Below, piece by piece: positions 10,398-19,863 of a DNA stretch of 64,000 bases. The stretch spans positions 128,001-192,000 of the forward strand of contig OZ223267.1 of NCBI GenBank assembly GCA_965140585.1, in the 5' to 3' direction. Made by a program: the position numbers and the translations under genes. The number at the start of each line of letters is the position of its first letter. The stretch's first letter is position 1. Source of the stretch: Spirochaetia bacterium (GTDB lineage: Bacteria; Spirochaetota; Spirochaetia; UBA9216). Below the pieces are notes generated by a model. It was given only the letters and a program-made list of their open reading frames with translations. It was not told where the DNA came from and did not search any database.

Positions 10398-11258
10398 ATG
10401 AAAAATAAAGATACCCTTACAAAAAAAGTATTAACATGGCAGAAAAGCGGCGTTGGATATGAAGACCTGGTAAAAGAAATATCAGCCATGGTTTATTCGT
10501 ACCCGAAACGGCATTTCTGCTGGACCGAGGATCAGTGTTCCGATTTTTATTGTTATTTCTATAAAAGAATAGAAAAAATTATGAATGGCTTCAGATACTG
10601 CGGTATCCCGTTCAGAAGCTACTTGTATAGAAGTATTAAATGCCAGGTACACACTTTTCACCGTAAAACACAGAAAAAGCAGCAGCAGAATGCCCTTTTT
10701 TTTCATGAATCAAAGATTCTGATTGAGGAACATGGCGATTTCATGAAGTCTTCAAAGCTCAGACCTTCCGGACATGCTGTACATCTTCTTCAGCTTGACA
10801 GAAGAAAGGACATGTTGAATACAGGAGCAGGACGGCGTGTGATAATGCTGGCCTTAAAAAGTGCACCTTATCTCACAGACAGCCATATTGAAGCTGTTTC
10901 AAAAATGACAGGATGTTCCGAGGACTGGTTTTTTGAAAAAGTAAGCAAATTACGCAGAATAACAGAACGCAGGAATAAAAGAATTAAAGAGTTCGATCTG
11001 AGGATTAACAGGGCATATATGCAGATCTATCAGCTTCATACTGAAATAAGCAGCGGACTCGCGTTTGAAACCGATGAAGTTGAAAATAAGCTGTCCTCAG
11101 TAAAGCAGAGGATGGATAAAGCCCTGAAAGGCAGGGAAAGCCTCCGGACTGTCCCTACCAACCGGGAGATTGCAGATGTGCTGGATGTCCCGAAAGGTTC
11201 AATTGATTCGGGACTTTATTACATCAAAAAAAGTCTCCAGCCCCTGCTTGAAGAATAA
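10398..11258 (+). CDS. Divergent sigma70-like / HTH protein
   Basis: Basic protein. N-terminal part resembles sigma region 2 (EDQCSDFY...IPFRSYLYRSIK); C-terminal region-4-like HTH PTNREIADVLDVPKGSIDSGLYYIKK. Confidence 0.6.
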   Translation: MKNKDTLTKKVLTWQKSGVGYEDLVKEISAMVYSYPKRHFCWTEDQCSDFYCYFYKRIEKIMNGFRYCGIPFRSYLYRSIKCQVHTFHRKTQKKQQQNALFFHESKILIEEHGDFMKSSKLRPSGHAVHLLQLDRRKDMLNTGAGRRVIMLALKSAPYLTDSHIEAVSKMTGCSEDWFFEKVSKLRRITERRNKRIKEFDLRINRAYMQIYQLHTEISSGLAFETDEVENKLSSVKQRMDKALKGRESLRTVPTNREIADVLDVPKGSIDSGLYYIKKSLQPLLEE

Positions 11259-12083
11259 TCAGATTGTTTTAAGCTTTGTACTTAAAATAGCTTGCTCAAC
11301 AGGAAATCTTTTCAATCCGAAGCGATCGGCAATTTCCGAACATCCGTCGAGTGAGGACAGAACGTTTTCGGGCTTATGGGCATCAGAATTATAAACAACC
11401 TCGATATCGTAAGCAGCAGCTTTTTCCCAGAAGGGCAGCAGCGGATATACGTGTCTTTTCCCCTCGGGGGTATCAACCATGTTCTTCCGGAGTCCGTATC
11501 CGTTAATTTCAAGCGGTATTTTATATTGCTCGGCAGCCGACAGAATATCTGCTGCGCAGGCATCGGCGTTCTCATCCCACTTCATATATCCGTAGCCGAA
11601 ACTGTCGGGGTGGGCAATGAAGCTGCAGTAACCGCTTTCCATTAAATCAACAGTCTCCTTGACAAAGGATCTCAAATGCGCTGCTGAACTTGCCTCTTCC
11701 AGCCATATCCAGCTGCCGTTGTGCTTTATCCAGTGAACACCTCCAATCAGGTAATCAATATCATTACGGGAAAGGATAACGTCTTCATAGTATGAAGAAA
11801 AAGCCTTAACAATATCCATCTCAAACCCTCCCAGCACATTAATCCCTGGAAAGAGCTCACGGGCTTGTTTTATTGCATTAAAGTATCCGTCAAGGTCTTC
11901 TTCTTCCATCCGGTAGGCAGTCCATATTCCTTCAAGCATGGGCGGATGTTCTGTGAATCCTATGGAGCTTGCATTTTGTTCAGATGCTTCTTTAAGGTAA
12001 TCTTTTATATCTCCTGTTGCATGTTTGCAGCGGTAGGTATGTGTGTGAAAATTAAATTTCTGTTGAGTATTTCTATTATTCAT
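11259..12083 (-). CDS. PHP-family histidinol-phosphatase (HisJ/HisK-like)
   Basis: FHTHT, GFTEH, DYLIGGVH, AHPD, LEING, NSDAH motifs. Confidence 0.85.
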   Translation of the reverse strand: MNNRNTQQKFNFHTHTYRCKHATGDIKDYLKEASEQNASSIGFTEHPPMLEGIWTAYRMEEEDLDGYFNAIKQARELFPGINVLGGFEMDIVKAFSSYYEDVILSRNDIDYLIGGVHWIKHNGSWIWLEEASSAAHLRSFVKETVDLMESGYCSFIAHPDSFGYGYMKWDENADACAADILSAAEQYKIPLEINGYGLRKNMVDTPEGKRHVYPLLPFWEKAAAYDIEVVYNSDAHKPENVLSSLDGCSEIADRFGLKRFPVEQAILSTKLKTI

Positions 12084-12141
12084 GATATATCATTCTCTAA
12101 TTTTAATTGATATTTATCAAGCAGGCCAGGCAAGAATTGAT

Positions 12142-12191
12142 TTGACATTTTCACCGAATGCTTTATAATGAAACTGGTAATTTCACCGAAT
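12142..12191 (+). promoter_or_regulatory. Consensus sigma70 promoter with overlapping repeats (putative operator)
   Basis: TTGACA(12142)-16 nt-TATAAT(12164). Direct repeat TTTCACCGAAT at 12149 and 12181. Inverted repeat TGAAA-N7-TTTCA at 12169-12185. Confidence 0.7.
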
Positions 12192-12228
12192 ATATTCAAT
12201 AACTACAAACTATTTACAGAGGATAATT

Positions 12229-13227
12229 ATGAACAAGAGGGAAAACTGGTACAGACTATTGACCAATGATAATCCGGGATGGATTTCGACTCCGTGGGAG
12301 GCGTTTGACGGTAATTATTTCGGAAATGCCTTTATTCTGGAGCCCATAAGTATTGCCGTAAAGGGTGATCAGAAACCTGGAACCTTTCTTGATCAATGGG
12401 GAGTTACCTGGATGCTTCCGGAAGATCATAAGTTTCCAAATCCCTATGTGACAACAGAAAACAAGGCAATCAAGAATATAAAAAACTGGGAGAATGAACT
12501 GATTCTTCCTCCTCTCAGCGGACATGACTGGACTTCCGCTAAACAGAAGGCTGATTCTGTGAACCGTGAGGATTCAATTGCCTGCTGTATGGTTGTAGGC
12601 GGATTATTTGAACGCACACATTATCTGATGGGCTTCGAAGACGCCCTTATAAACTATATGCTTGAGCCGGAAGCCATGTCGGCCCTTATCGGAGCAATAA
12701 CAGACTGGAAGATTGAACACCTCAGGCAGATTATAGAAAACCTCAATCCTGATGTTATTCTTTTTCACGATGACTGGGGCAACAAGGACAATCTTTTCAT
12801 GCAGCCTGATATCTGGCGAAGCGTTATCAAACCTCATCAGCAGAAAATAGTTGATTTTGTGAAATCAAGGAAAGTCACTTATCTCCACCATTCAGACAGT
12901 ATCTGTGAACCGATAGTTGAAGATATGGCTGATATGGGCATTGAGGGCTGGCAGGGGGTTATACCCCAGAATGACATCCACTCCATCCAGCAGAGGCTTA
13001 AAGGAAGGATGGCCCTTATAGGCGGAATAGACGCACAGGTAATAGATATGCCTGAAGCAGATGAAGCTCTGATAAGGCAGGAAGTCAGAAACTGCATCGA
13101 TACCTATTGTCCCGCAGGTTCATTTATTCCATGTATTCCCAATATTCAGCCCATGCATGCCGATGTTGCGGAGATCTATAATGATGAACTTGAAACTTAC
13201 GGCCGCTCTTTCATGGAGAAACGCTGA
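12229..13227 (+). CDS. Uroporphyrinogen decarboxylase-fold protein (MtaA/CmuA-like methyltransferase family)
   Basis: DQWGVTW, GLFERTHYLMGFEDAL, HDDWG, HHSDS, GGID. AGGA RBS upstream. Confidence 0.8.
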   Translation: MNKRENWYRLLTNDNPGWISTPWEAFDGNYFGNAFILEPISIAVKGDQKPGTFLDQWGVTWMLPEDHKFPNPYVTTENKAIKNIKNWENELILPPLSGHDWTSAKQKADSVNREDSIACCMVVGGLFERTHYLMGFEDALINYMLEPEAMSALIGAITDWKIEHLRQIIENLNPDVILFHDDWGNKDNLFMQPDIWRSVIKPHQQKIVDFVKSRKVTYLHHSDSICEPIVEDMADMGIEGWQGVIPQNDIHSIQQRLKGRMALIGGIDAQVIDMPEADEALIRQEVRNCIDTYCPAGSFIPCIPNIQPMHADVAEIYNDELETYGRSFMEKR

Positions 13228-13244
13228 TCTTCGGGGTTTTTATG

Positions 13245-13272
13245 TTGACAGCCTGTACTCAGCTGTTATATT
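13245..13272 (+). promoter_or_regulatory. sigma70 promoter for trpR (probably leaderless)
   Basis: TTGACA-16-TATATT with extended TG, 7 nt before ATG 13280. The inverted repeat ACAGC/GCTGT spans the spacer. Confidence 0.6.
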
Positions 13273-13279
13273 TAACTTT

Positions 13280-13561
13280 ATGGAAGTTAAAGAAATAAAA
13301 ACAAATCTTGAAGAATTGTCACGGGCTCTATCCAGGGTTGACGATCCCGCTTTGATATTTAGATTTCTCGAATGTCTGCTTACTCCCAATGAGATGAGCG
13401 AGGTGGCCAGCCGCTGGGCTCTGGTTAAAATGCTTGACGACGGTATAAGCCAGAGGAGCATTGCCAGTACTCTGGGCCTCAGCCTATGCAAGATTACCCG
13501 CGGTTCCAAGGAGCTGCAGAAAGATGATTCCGCATTTAAAAAGATGATTGATATCTCCTGA
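13280..13561 (+). CDS. trpR: Trp repressor (TrpR/YerC family)
   Basis: LLTPNE...RWALVKML..GISQRSIASTLGLSLCKITRGSKEL matches TrpR. Start moved from 13157 to ATG 13280. Confidence 0.85.
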   Translation: MEVKEIKTNLEELSRALSRVDDPALIFRFLECLLTPNEMSEVASRWALVKMLDDGISQRSIASTLGLSLCKITRGSKELQKDDSAFKKMIDIS

Positions 13562-13589
13562 TTTTTATTGACGTGCTTCTGTATTAATG

Positions 13590-13605
13590 CTAAACATTTG
13601 TATAG
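13590..13605. promoter_or_regulatory. Putative LexA/SOS-box palindrome
   Basis: CTAAACA-TT-TGTATAG, a near-perfect 16-bp palindrome immediately upstream of dnaE2. Confidence 0.55.
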
Positions 13606-13609
13606 TATT

Positions 13610-16600
13610 ATGAGGAAGCACGGGAAAACTGTAACACATCTTCATTGCCGTTCTCATTACAGCCTGCTTAACGGAATAATGTCTCCTGCCGTGATCTGCC
13701 GGTCAGCAGCTCAAGCCGGAGAAAGTTCTGCGGCTATTACCGATGTAAACAACCTGTATGCACTTCCGGAATTTATCGAAGCTGCTGCAACCTCTGGTAT
13801 CAAACCGGTATGCGGAGCCGCCGTAGCCCTCCCCCAGGAAAACGGGAAAGGCGGCTCGCATCTTTTTACTGCCTACTGCCGGGACAGGAAGGGGTTTGCC
13901 CGGCTCAACAGCATAATATCAAAAATTAACTACAGTTATTCTCAGTATACCGAACGGAAGTTTTACGATCCTGTCTCCGACCTTCTTGAAAACGGCCGCG
14001 ACGGTCTTGTTGTTGTGAGCAACAGGTATGAAGTTATTATGAGGCTGATTGCGGCAGGAAATGAAGACCTGTATTACGGCCTCTACTACGGCACACCCTT
14101 CCGCGATGCTGTAATAAGGGCCCGAAAACACGGAATAAAAACGGCCGCATTAAATGAGGCCGTTTTTTCAGATGACAGCGATCGCTCTGCCCTGGCTGTT
14201 CTTCGGGCTGTCGGGAACAAGAGCACAATTGAGAAAACTTCCGCCGGTTCAGACTGGGCCTCAGCCTGCGGAGCAATGGCTCCCTCGGCCAATATTCTTG
14301 CCGGCGCGGAGCGTATGGACAGTTTTTTTTCATCGGTACCCGAAGCTCTCGCCAATTCTCGCAGAATTGCAGATGAAACCGCCGGCGCCGCGATTCTTCC
14401 CGACAAATGGATTTTTCCGCTTTACAGGGGAATGCATGAGGAGGAGGCAGGCCGGGAACTTTACCGCCTGTGCAGAGCTGCCCTTCCTGTGCGTTACCCG
14501 GAAGAGCAGAGGCCGGGAGCTCCTCTGTCTGTAGGCCGGCCGCCGTTTTCACAAAGAGCAGCCGCTCTGCAGCGCCTCGAATACGAAATGGGCATAATCT
14601 GCCGTAAGGGTTTTGCCGGCTACTTTCTCGTCGTGCGTGACATTGTAATGAGGGCTCCGCGCACCTGCGGGCGCGGCAGTGCCGCATCTAGCATAGTTTC
14701 CTATCTTCTTGGTATAACCCATGTCGACCCGCTGCGGTACAACCTCTTTTTTGAGCGTTTTCTGAACATGGATCGCAATGATCCGCCGGACATCGATGTG
14801 GACTTCCCCTGGGATGAAAGGGAGAAGGCGCTTAACTATGTGTTTGAACACTACAGCGGTTCTTCGGCTATGGTCTGCGATCATGTTTTTTTCAAGAGGC
14901 GGGGTGCTGCCCGTGAAGCCGCTAGGGCTCACGGTATGGATGAGGCCCGCGTGAACGCGCTTATGAAAAACTGGCGCGGGGGCAGGGGAGAGCCTCTTCC
15001 CGATTATGTGGCAGAAACAGCTGCTATGCTTTACCGGCAGCCGCGCTATATCGGAACCCACCCGGGAGGGGTCGTCATTACTCCTGGGCCGATTACCAAT
15101 TATACGCATATACAGCCTTCTGCTTCAGGATATCCCGTTATTGCCTGGGAGAAGGACGGCGCGGAGTCTTCCGGACTGATAAAAATCGATATCCTGGGAA
15201 ACCGCTCCCTGGCTGTTCTTCGCGATACCATCAGGCTGGTAAACCCAGGGCGTGAGAATAAAATTGAGTGGGCATCTTTTCAGCCCTATTCAGATCAGCG
15301 GACAAGGCGCTACATAGAATCAGGCGATACCGCCGGCATCTTTTACATTGAATCACCTGCAACAAGGCAGCTGCTCAAGAAAATGGGCAGAGCCGACTTC
15401 GAGCACCTTGTTGCCGCAAGCTCAATAATTAGGCCGGCCGCAAACAAATGGATTAACGAGTATGTCCGGCGGCTGAAGGGAGGAGCTTACAATCCCCTGC
15501 ATCCGCTTCTTGCGGGAATACTTGATGAGACCTATGGAATTATGGTCTATCAGGAGGATGTCGCAAAGGTTGCCATTGCCGCCGCCGGTTTTTCCCCTGG
15601 AGAGGCTGATCAGCTTAGAAAGATTCTGTCAAAGAAAAACCGGGCTGAGAAACTTCCGGCATGGAGGACTCGCTTTACCGAGGGCGCTGCTTCCAGGGGC
15701 GTTCCTGCTTCCGAGGCCGATGAGCTGTGGGCCGGCATCCTGTCCTTTGACGGTTATTCATTCTGTAAATCTCACAGTGCATCCTATGCCCTTGTCTCAT
15801 ACCGGCTTGCATGGCTCAAGCTTCGTTATCCGCTTGAGTTTATGATATCGGTAATAAATAACGGCGGAGGGTTCTACTCCAGGCAGGTGTATCTGAACAT
15901 TGTAAGACGGATGGGTTTTCCCGTGATGATTCCGGATATAAACAGGAGTCAGAGAAAATACAGTATTGAAAAAACAGAAACCGGAGAGGCCCTCAGAGCC
16001 GGACTCCTTCAGATTCGGGATCTTTCCGGGGATTTTATCGATAAGCTGCTGGCTGAACGTACATCGCGGGGGGATTTCCGCAGTTTCAATGATTTTACCA
16101 CCAGAACAGGGCCTTCATACCGGGATATAAGAATGCTTATAAAATCAGGCAGTCTTGATTCGATTGCCGGAGAGCTTAACAGGCCCCAGATGTTCTGGCT
16201 TTTCTACAGCGGGAACTGCAGCGGAGGATTCTTCGGCAGGCAGCTTGTCCCGGGCCTGAAGGCATACAGCAGAAGGGTCTGCCTCAGCGATGAAATCGAT
16301 ACTTTGAGTCTTTTTTTTTCAGAACATCCAATCGATGTTTTTTCAGACCGAATAAAAAGGAGTTCTCCGCATCCTCTGATCGATTCACGGGCGATAGGGG
16401 GACATATGGGTATGCGGGTTTCCATAGCGGGGACTCTGGCTGCAGAAAAGGAGGCACTCACATCAGATAAAAAGCCGATGTGTTTCATCAGTTTTGAAGA
16501 CCCCTTTTCAATGTTTGAGACCGTATTTTTCCCTGATGCCTGGAAGGCTTATGAGGCTGTAATTTCGTCAGGTTTTGCTTTTATAGTGAGCGGGGTTGTT

Positions 16601-16675
16601 GATAATGACCTTGGCGCCGAGTATATTAGAGTAACAGACCTTAGATGCCTGAACAGGATAAGAGAAGCTGTATGA
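13610..16675 (+). CDS. dnaE2: DNA polymerase III alpha subunit, DnaE2 (error-prone) type
   Basis: Degenerate PHP domain (HLHCRSHYS), GRGSAA, PPDIDVDF catalytic Asps, HPGGVV, KIDILG, YSFCKSHSASY, OB fold. About 1020 aa with no tau-binding C-terminal domain. Confidence 0.85.
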   Translation: MRKHGKTVTHLHCRSHYSLLNGIMSPAVICRSAAQAGESSAAITDVNNLYALPEFIEAAATSGIKPVCGAAVALPQENGKGGSHLFTAYCRDRKGFARLNSIISKINYSYSQYTERKFYDPVSDLLENGRDGLVVVSNRYEVIMRLIAAGNEDLYYGLYYGTPFRDAVIRARKHGIKTAALNEAVFSDDSDRSALAVLRAVGNKSTIEKTSAGSDWASACGAMAPSANILAGAERMDSFFSSVPEALANSRRIADETAGAAILPDKWIFPLYRGMHEEEAGRELYRLCRAALPVRYPEEQRPGAPLSVGRPPFSQRAAALQRLEYEMGIICRKGFAGYFLVVRDIVMRAPRTCGRGSAASSIVSYLLGITHVDPLRYNLFFERFLNMDRNDPPDIDVDFPWDEREKALNYVFEHYSGSSAMVCDHVFFKRRGAAREAARAHGMDEARVNALMKNWRGGRGEPLPDYVAETAAMLYRQPRYIGTHPGGVVITPGPITNYTHIQPSASGYPVIAWEKDGAESSGLIKIDILGNRSLAVLRDTIRLVNPGRENKIEWASFQPYSDQRTRRYIESGDTAGIFYIESPATRQLLKKMGRADFEHLVAASSIIRPAANKWINEYVRRLKGGAYNPLHPLLAGILDETYGIMVYQEDVAKVAIAAAGFSPGEADQLRKILSKKNRAEKLPAWRTRFTEGAASRGVPASEADELWAGILSFDGYSFCKSHSASYALVSYRLAWLKLRYPLEFMISVINNGGGFYSRQVYLNIVRRMGFPVMIPDINRSQRKYSIEKTETGEALRAGLLQIRDLSGDFIDKLLAERTSRGDFRSFNDFTTRTGPSYRDIRMLIKSGSLDSIAGELNRPQMFWLFYSGNCSGGFFGRQLVPGLKAYSRRVCLSDEIDTLSLFFSEHPIDVFSDRIKRSSPHPLIDSRAIGGHMGMRVSIAGTLAAEKEALTSDKKPMCFISFEDPFSMFETVFFPDAWKAYEAVISSGFAFIVSGVVDNDLGAEYIRVTDLRCLNRIREAV

Positions 16676-16717
16676 ATTTTTTGAGTACAGTTGCCGAGAA
16701 TAATACGGGGATATACA

Positions 16718-17638
16718 TTGAAAATATTATTGATCGGCCGGAAGGACAGAAAAGAGGGTTTCGAGGCCCTTGCACGAATACTGACTCTTGAAAATGTGAA
16801 AACAGAAATTCTGTGTTTTGAAGAGCTTAACCGTGAAACCCTGCTTCCGACCCTCTTCGGTGCAGACATCTACCTCATATCCCCTGAAAACGAAATAAGT
16901 GAAGATGATCTCCCCCTGAACAATCCCTGCTCAATATGCAGACTTGAAGCTATAGTTATGGGATTCGCCATTGCCCAGAAGGGCCGTATGATGCTTCTGG
17001 TAAGAGGAGGCGACAGTCCTGAACTGCCGTTTTCCGGATTACCGGTGGTTAAAAGTCTAGGAGAGGCTATTTCTTATTTCCGGAGGGCTAAAAAGGAATT
17101 CGAGAGTACAGAGGTTTTTCGTGAGGCCAGAGAGATAATTTCTGCTGCATCGCTTTCTTTCAGCGGAAAGGGAATGATTGAGGCTGTAAAGAATGAGATG
17201 ATGAATGAGGTAGAGGCCTTCCTCAGGGTCGGATTTGCCACCGATACTGAAGATTCCGACGGTGTTCCGCTTATTTCGTGGGCGGTAAGAAAGGGTAACC
17301 TTGAAATATGCAGGCTTCTTCTAAGTTATAATGCATCGGTAAATGTTATTGCCCGTGATCGAACTACAACGCCGCTTATAGATGCGGTTTCTTCGGGAAA
17401 TCATGAGCTTGCAGTAATTCTGATGGATGCCGGAGCTGATCTTGATTTCAGGAACCGAAACGGCCAGACAGCGCTTATTATTACAATAGGAAACAGGATG
17501 CTGGACCTGGCCAGAGATCTGATAGATAAGGGTGCGGATATCAGCATATCGGATAGTCTCGGCATGAACGCAGCGGGATATGCAAAGCTGTTTTCCATGA
17601 CTGAACTCGAAGAATACTTAAGCAGTAAAATTTCTTAA
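16718..17638 (+). CDS. Ankyrin-repeat protein with N-terminal alpha/beta domain
   Basis: About 4 ankyrin repeats (GVPLISWAV, TTPLIDAV, GQTALII, GMNAAGYA). Start TTG 16718 behind GGGGA. Confidence 0.85.
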   Translation: MKILLIGRKDRKEGFEALARILTLENVKTEILCFEELNRETLLPTLFGADIYLISPENEISEDDLPLNNPCSICRLEAIVMGFAIAQKGRMMLLVRGGDSPELPFSGLPVVKSLGEAISYFRRAKKEFESTEVFREAREIISAASLSFSGKGMIEAVKNEMMNEVEAFLRVGFATDTEDSDGVPLISWAVRKGNLEICRLLLSYNASVNVIARDRTTTPLIDAVSSGNHELAVILMDAGADLDFRNRNGQTALIITIGNRMLDLARDLIDKGADISISDSLGMNAAGYAKLFSMTELEEYLSSKIS

Positions 17639-17685
17639 TACCTCCGGCTTGACCTTAGAGGGCGTGTAGATTACTTTTAAAGTGT

Positions 17686-18456
17686 ATGGAAGAAAAGACA
17701 AAAGCAACCATTTTTCATGTTTATAGAAAAGATGGCAGTTCAATATTTTTATATCCCATGATAAAAGGCAAAAATGTACTCAGCCTTTTTGAAAATAATG
17801 ATTTTACCGGAGTATACGGTAAAGAACCCCGGGTTGAATCACTTACTCTCCTTCGAAATGATCTTTACAGGATGATAGAACAGTCGGTTAAGGAATGGTC
17901 TGCCGAGCGCAAATTTATTCCCCGTTTTCTTATATCAACCGGATGTTTTCTTCTTGTGTACCTGCTTGCATCAGTGGTTATCAGGGATCCTCTTCCAATG
18001 ATAGATGAAATACTTATTGGTCTTGCGGCTGCTGCCGGTCTGTATTTTTTTCTTGCAAGAAAGGATACTTCATCCAGGGAGGTTACCGAAAAAAAGGTAA
18101 GGCTCCGGATGAAAGTCGATGAAATAGTTTTCAACGAAGACCCCTTTGTTAAGGATGCTGAACAGTATCTTCAGAAATGTGAAGATGCTGAAGACATTGA
18201 AAAGCTTCTTATAAATATGCTTGCCGATGAAGGTAATATTATGCATGCACCAGAGGAGCTTCGGAAGGTAGAGCAGTTTCTTGAATACATCAGCCTTATG
18301 TATGATCAGAATGCCATCAAAAAGCATGAAAAGATGCTGTCGAAGATGAAAAAAGGAAATGATTCACAGCAGAAACAGATGGTTAAGTGGCTTTCAAGCA
18401 GAAAGGTGGATCCCTTCCTCTTTGCGGTCTATACAAAATACAAAAAACAAAGCTAA
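17686..18456 (+). CDS. Hypothetical membrane protein
   Basis: 256 aa with a hydrophobic hairpin around IRDPLPMIDE. Promoter TTGACC-17-TACTTT upstream. Confidence 0.7.
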   Translation: MEEKTKATIFHVYRKDGSSIFLYPMIKGKNVLSLFENNDFTGVYGKEPRVESLTLLRNDLYRMIEQSVKEWSAERKFIPRFLISTGCFLLVYLLASVVIRDPLPMIDEILIGLAAAAGLYFFLARKDTSSREVTEKKVRLRMKVDEIVFNEDPFVKDAEQYLQKCEDAEDIEKLLINMLADEGNIMHAPEELRKVEQFLEYISLMYDQNAIKKHEKMLSKMKKGNDSQQKQMVKWLSSRKVDPFLFAVYTKYKKQS

Positions 18457-18566
18457 TCGGCTTTTAAAAACTTCAGTTTTAAAAAGCTACAAAAATACAG
18501 AGGAAGAAAATTTTATAATTTGATGTAGCTTATTGAATTATGTGTATATGTAGCATTTTGCTTCAA

Positions 18567-18605
18567 GATAAAACTAAAAACCCCGGTTGGGTTTTTAGTT
18601 TTATC
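18567..18605. terminator. 17-bp perfect hairpin, probable terminator
   Basis: GATAAAACTAAAAACCC-CGGTT-GGGTTTTTAGTTTTATC between convergent genes. Confidence 0.7.
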
Positions 18606-19863
18606 AATCTACCTTGTTTAATTCCTGCATCTGCTCAAGAAGGTTTACCGAGCGTGAGGCGCTTGCAAGAAATTCCTCTGCGGGAGTGAAACTGTTGTCT
18701 AAATCAAGCGCCGCCTGCCAGTAGGCAATGGCTTTTTCAAGATCACCTGAAGCATAGGCCTCAAGCCCTGCAATATACAGTTCATCAACCCTCTGCTGCT
18801 TTTCATAGCGGCCCTCATCTCCGAGTTTAAGCTTTGCGGTAATACTGAAACGGTTTAAGATATCAGTAGAAGATGTTGTTGGATCATAAGTATAATTGAT
18901 GTTATAAACAACCTTTTCGAGGTTTATGGTGCTTCCAAGTGCTACACCCAGACTTCCGGCGCCTGTACTTAGAAATGCCCCGCCGTGAAACGAGAAAAAA
19001 TCAGTCATTTCCGAGTTAAACCCCAAAGCATAACCGGGAGTTTCAGCTTCAACCTCAGGATCGAGGCTGACAGGCAGATCAAAATCAAAAGCCAGTTTAA
19101 AAGGCCTCACCGGCTGGTAGGCAATGCCTGCTGAGAATTCGGTGGGCAGGGGCTCAGGATCTGTGATTGTTTCAAATCCAAGGTTTTTAAAGGCAGCACC
19201 TATGGAGAAGTTTTTATCTCGCGATGAATAAAATTTCAGAAAATTAAAACTTGAAAGTAGTCCGACATCAGCTGCAAAGGCGGCTGAAGACTGTTCTGCA
19301 TAAAATATTTCCGGTATGTGGTGATAGGCTGCTTTTAGCGATAGTCCTGCTGATATTCCGTTAAAATAATAGGAACGGAAAAGGTTATAGGCTCCGGTTA
19401 CAGAGGCAACTGCCTCGAAAGGCGTTCCCTTTGCTACACCTTCACCATAGGAGTCGTATGAGGTAAAATTAAGGTGAAGTATATTTCCGGTAGCGGCTAT
19501 TCCCAGATCATCAAATCGCTTTGTGAAGGCAATTCCGTCTATGTAGGAATCTGCAATCCAGTTATTATGCAGAAATGCAAGCTCTGTGAGATCAAGCAAT
19601 GCTGCTGAAGCAGGATTATAAAGAAGCGATGATGTGTCATATGCCACGGCTGTTCCGACCGAGCCCATACCGGCAGATTTACCGCCAACCGGAATTTCCA
19701 GTATAGGAAAAACGGTCTGTCCCGTATTGCTGTTTTCGCCCTGCAGATACTCCAGAAATGTTGTAATCTCACCGTAGGTATCATTAAAATCCGACGCTGT
19801 GACAAAGACGGGAATGAGAAGAGGCAGTAAAAATGTGAACAGCAGAAATCGCTTCATATACAA
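18604..19863 (-). CDS. UPF0164-family outer-membrane protein (FadL/PorV-like barrel plus C-terminal TPR)
   Basis: Signal peptide, FPILEIPVGGKSAGMG...YNPAS hatch motif, HNNWIADS, FYSSRDKNFSIG, and a C-terminal TPR (LYIAGLEAYASGDLEKAIAYW). Confidence 0.8.
   Translation of the reverse strand: MYMKRFLLFTFLLPLLIPVFVTASDFNDTYGEITTFLEYLQGENSNTGQTVFPILEIPVGGKSAGMGSVGTAVAYDTSSLLYNPASAALLDLTELAFLHNNWIADSYIDGIAFTKRFDDLGIAATGNILHLNFTSYDSYGEGVAKGTPFEAVASVTGAYNLFRSYYFNGISAGLSLKAAYHHIPEIFYAEQSSAAFAADVGLLSSFNFLKFYSSRDKNFSIGAAFKNLGFETITDPEPLPTEFSAGIAYQPVRPFKLAFDFDLPVSLDPEVEAETPGYALGFNSEMTDFFSFHGGAFLSTGAGSLGVALGSTINLEKVVYNINYTYDPTTSSTDILNRFSITAKLKLGDEGRYEKQQRVDELYIAGLEAYASGDLEKAIAYWQAALDLDNSFTPAEEFLASASRSVNLLEQMQELNKVD

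Noticed and set aside
14500-14555. Pro/Arg-rich insertion in DnaE2 as an intein or coding repeat element
   Set aside because: Only about 18 codons, with no intein terminal motifs and no second copy seen in the window.
14037-15109. 216-aa and 186-aa minus-strand ORFs
   Set aside because: They lie antisense within the GC-rich dnaE2 gene and show no recognisable features.
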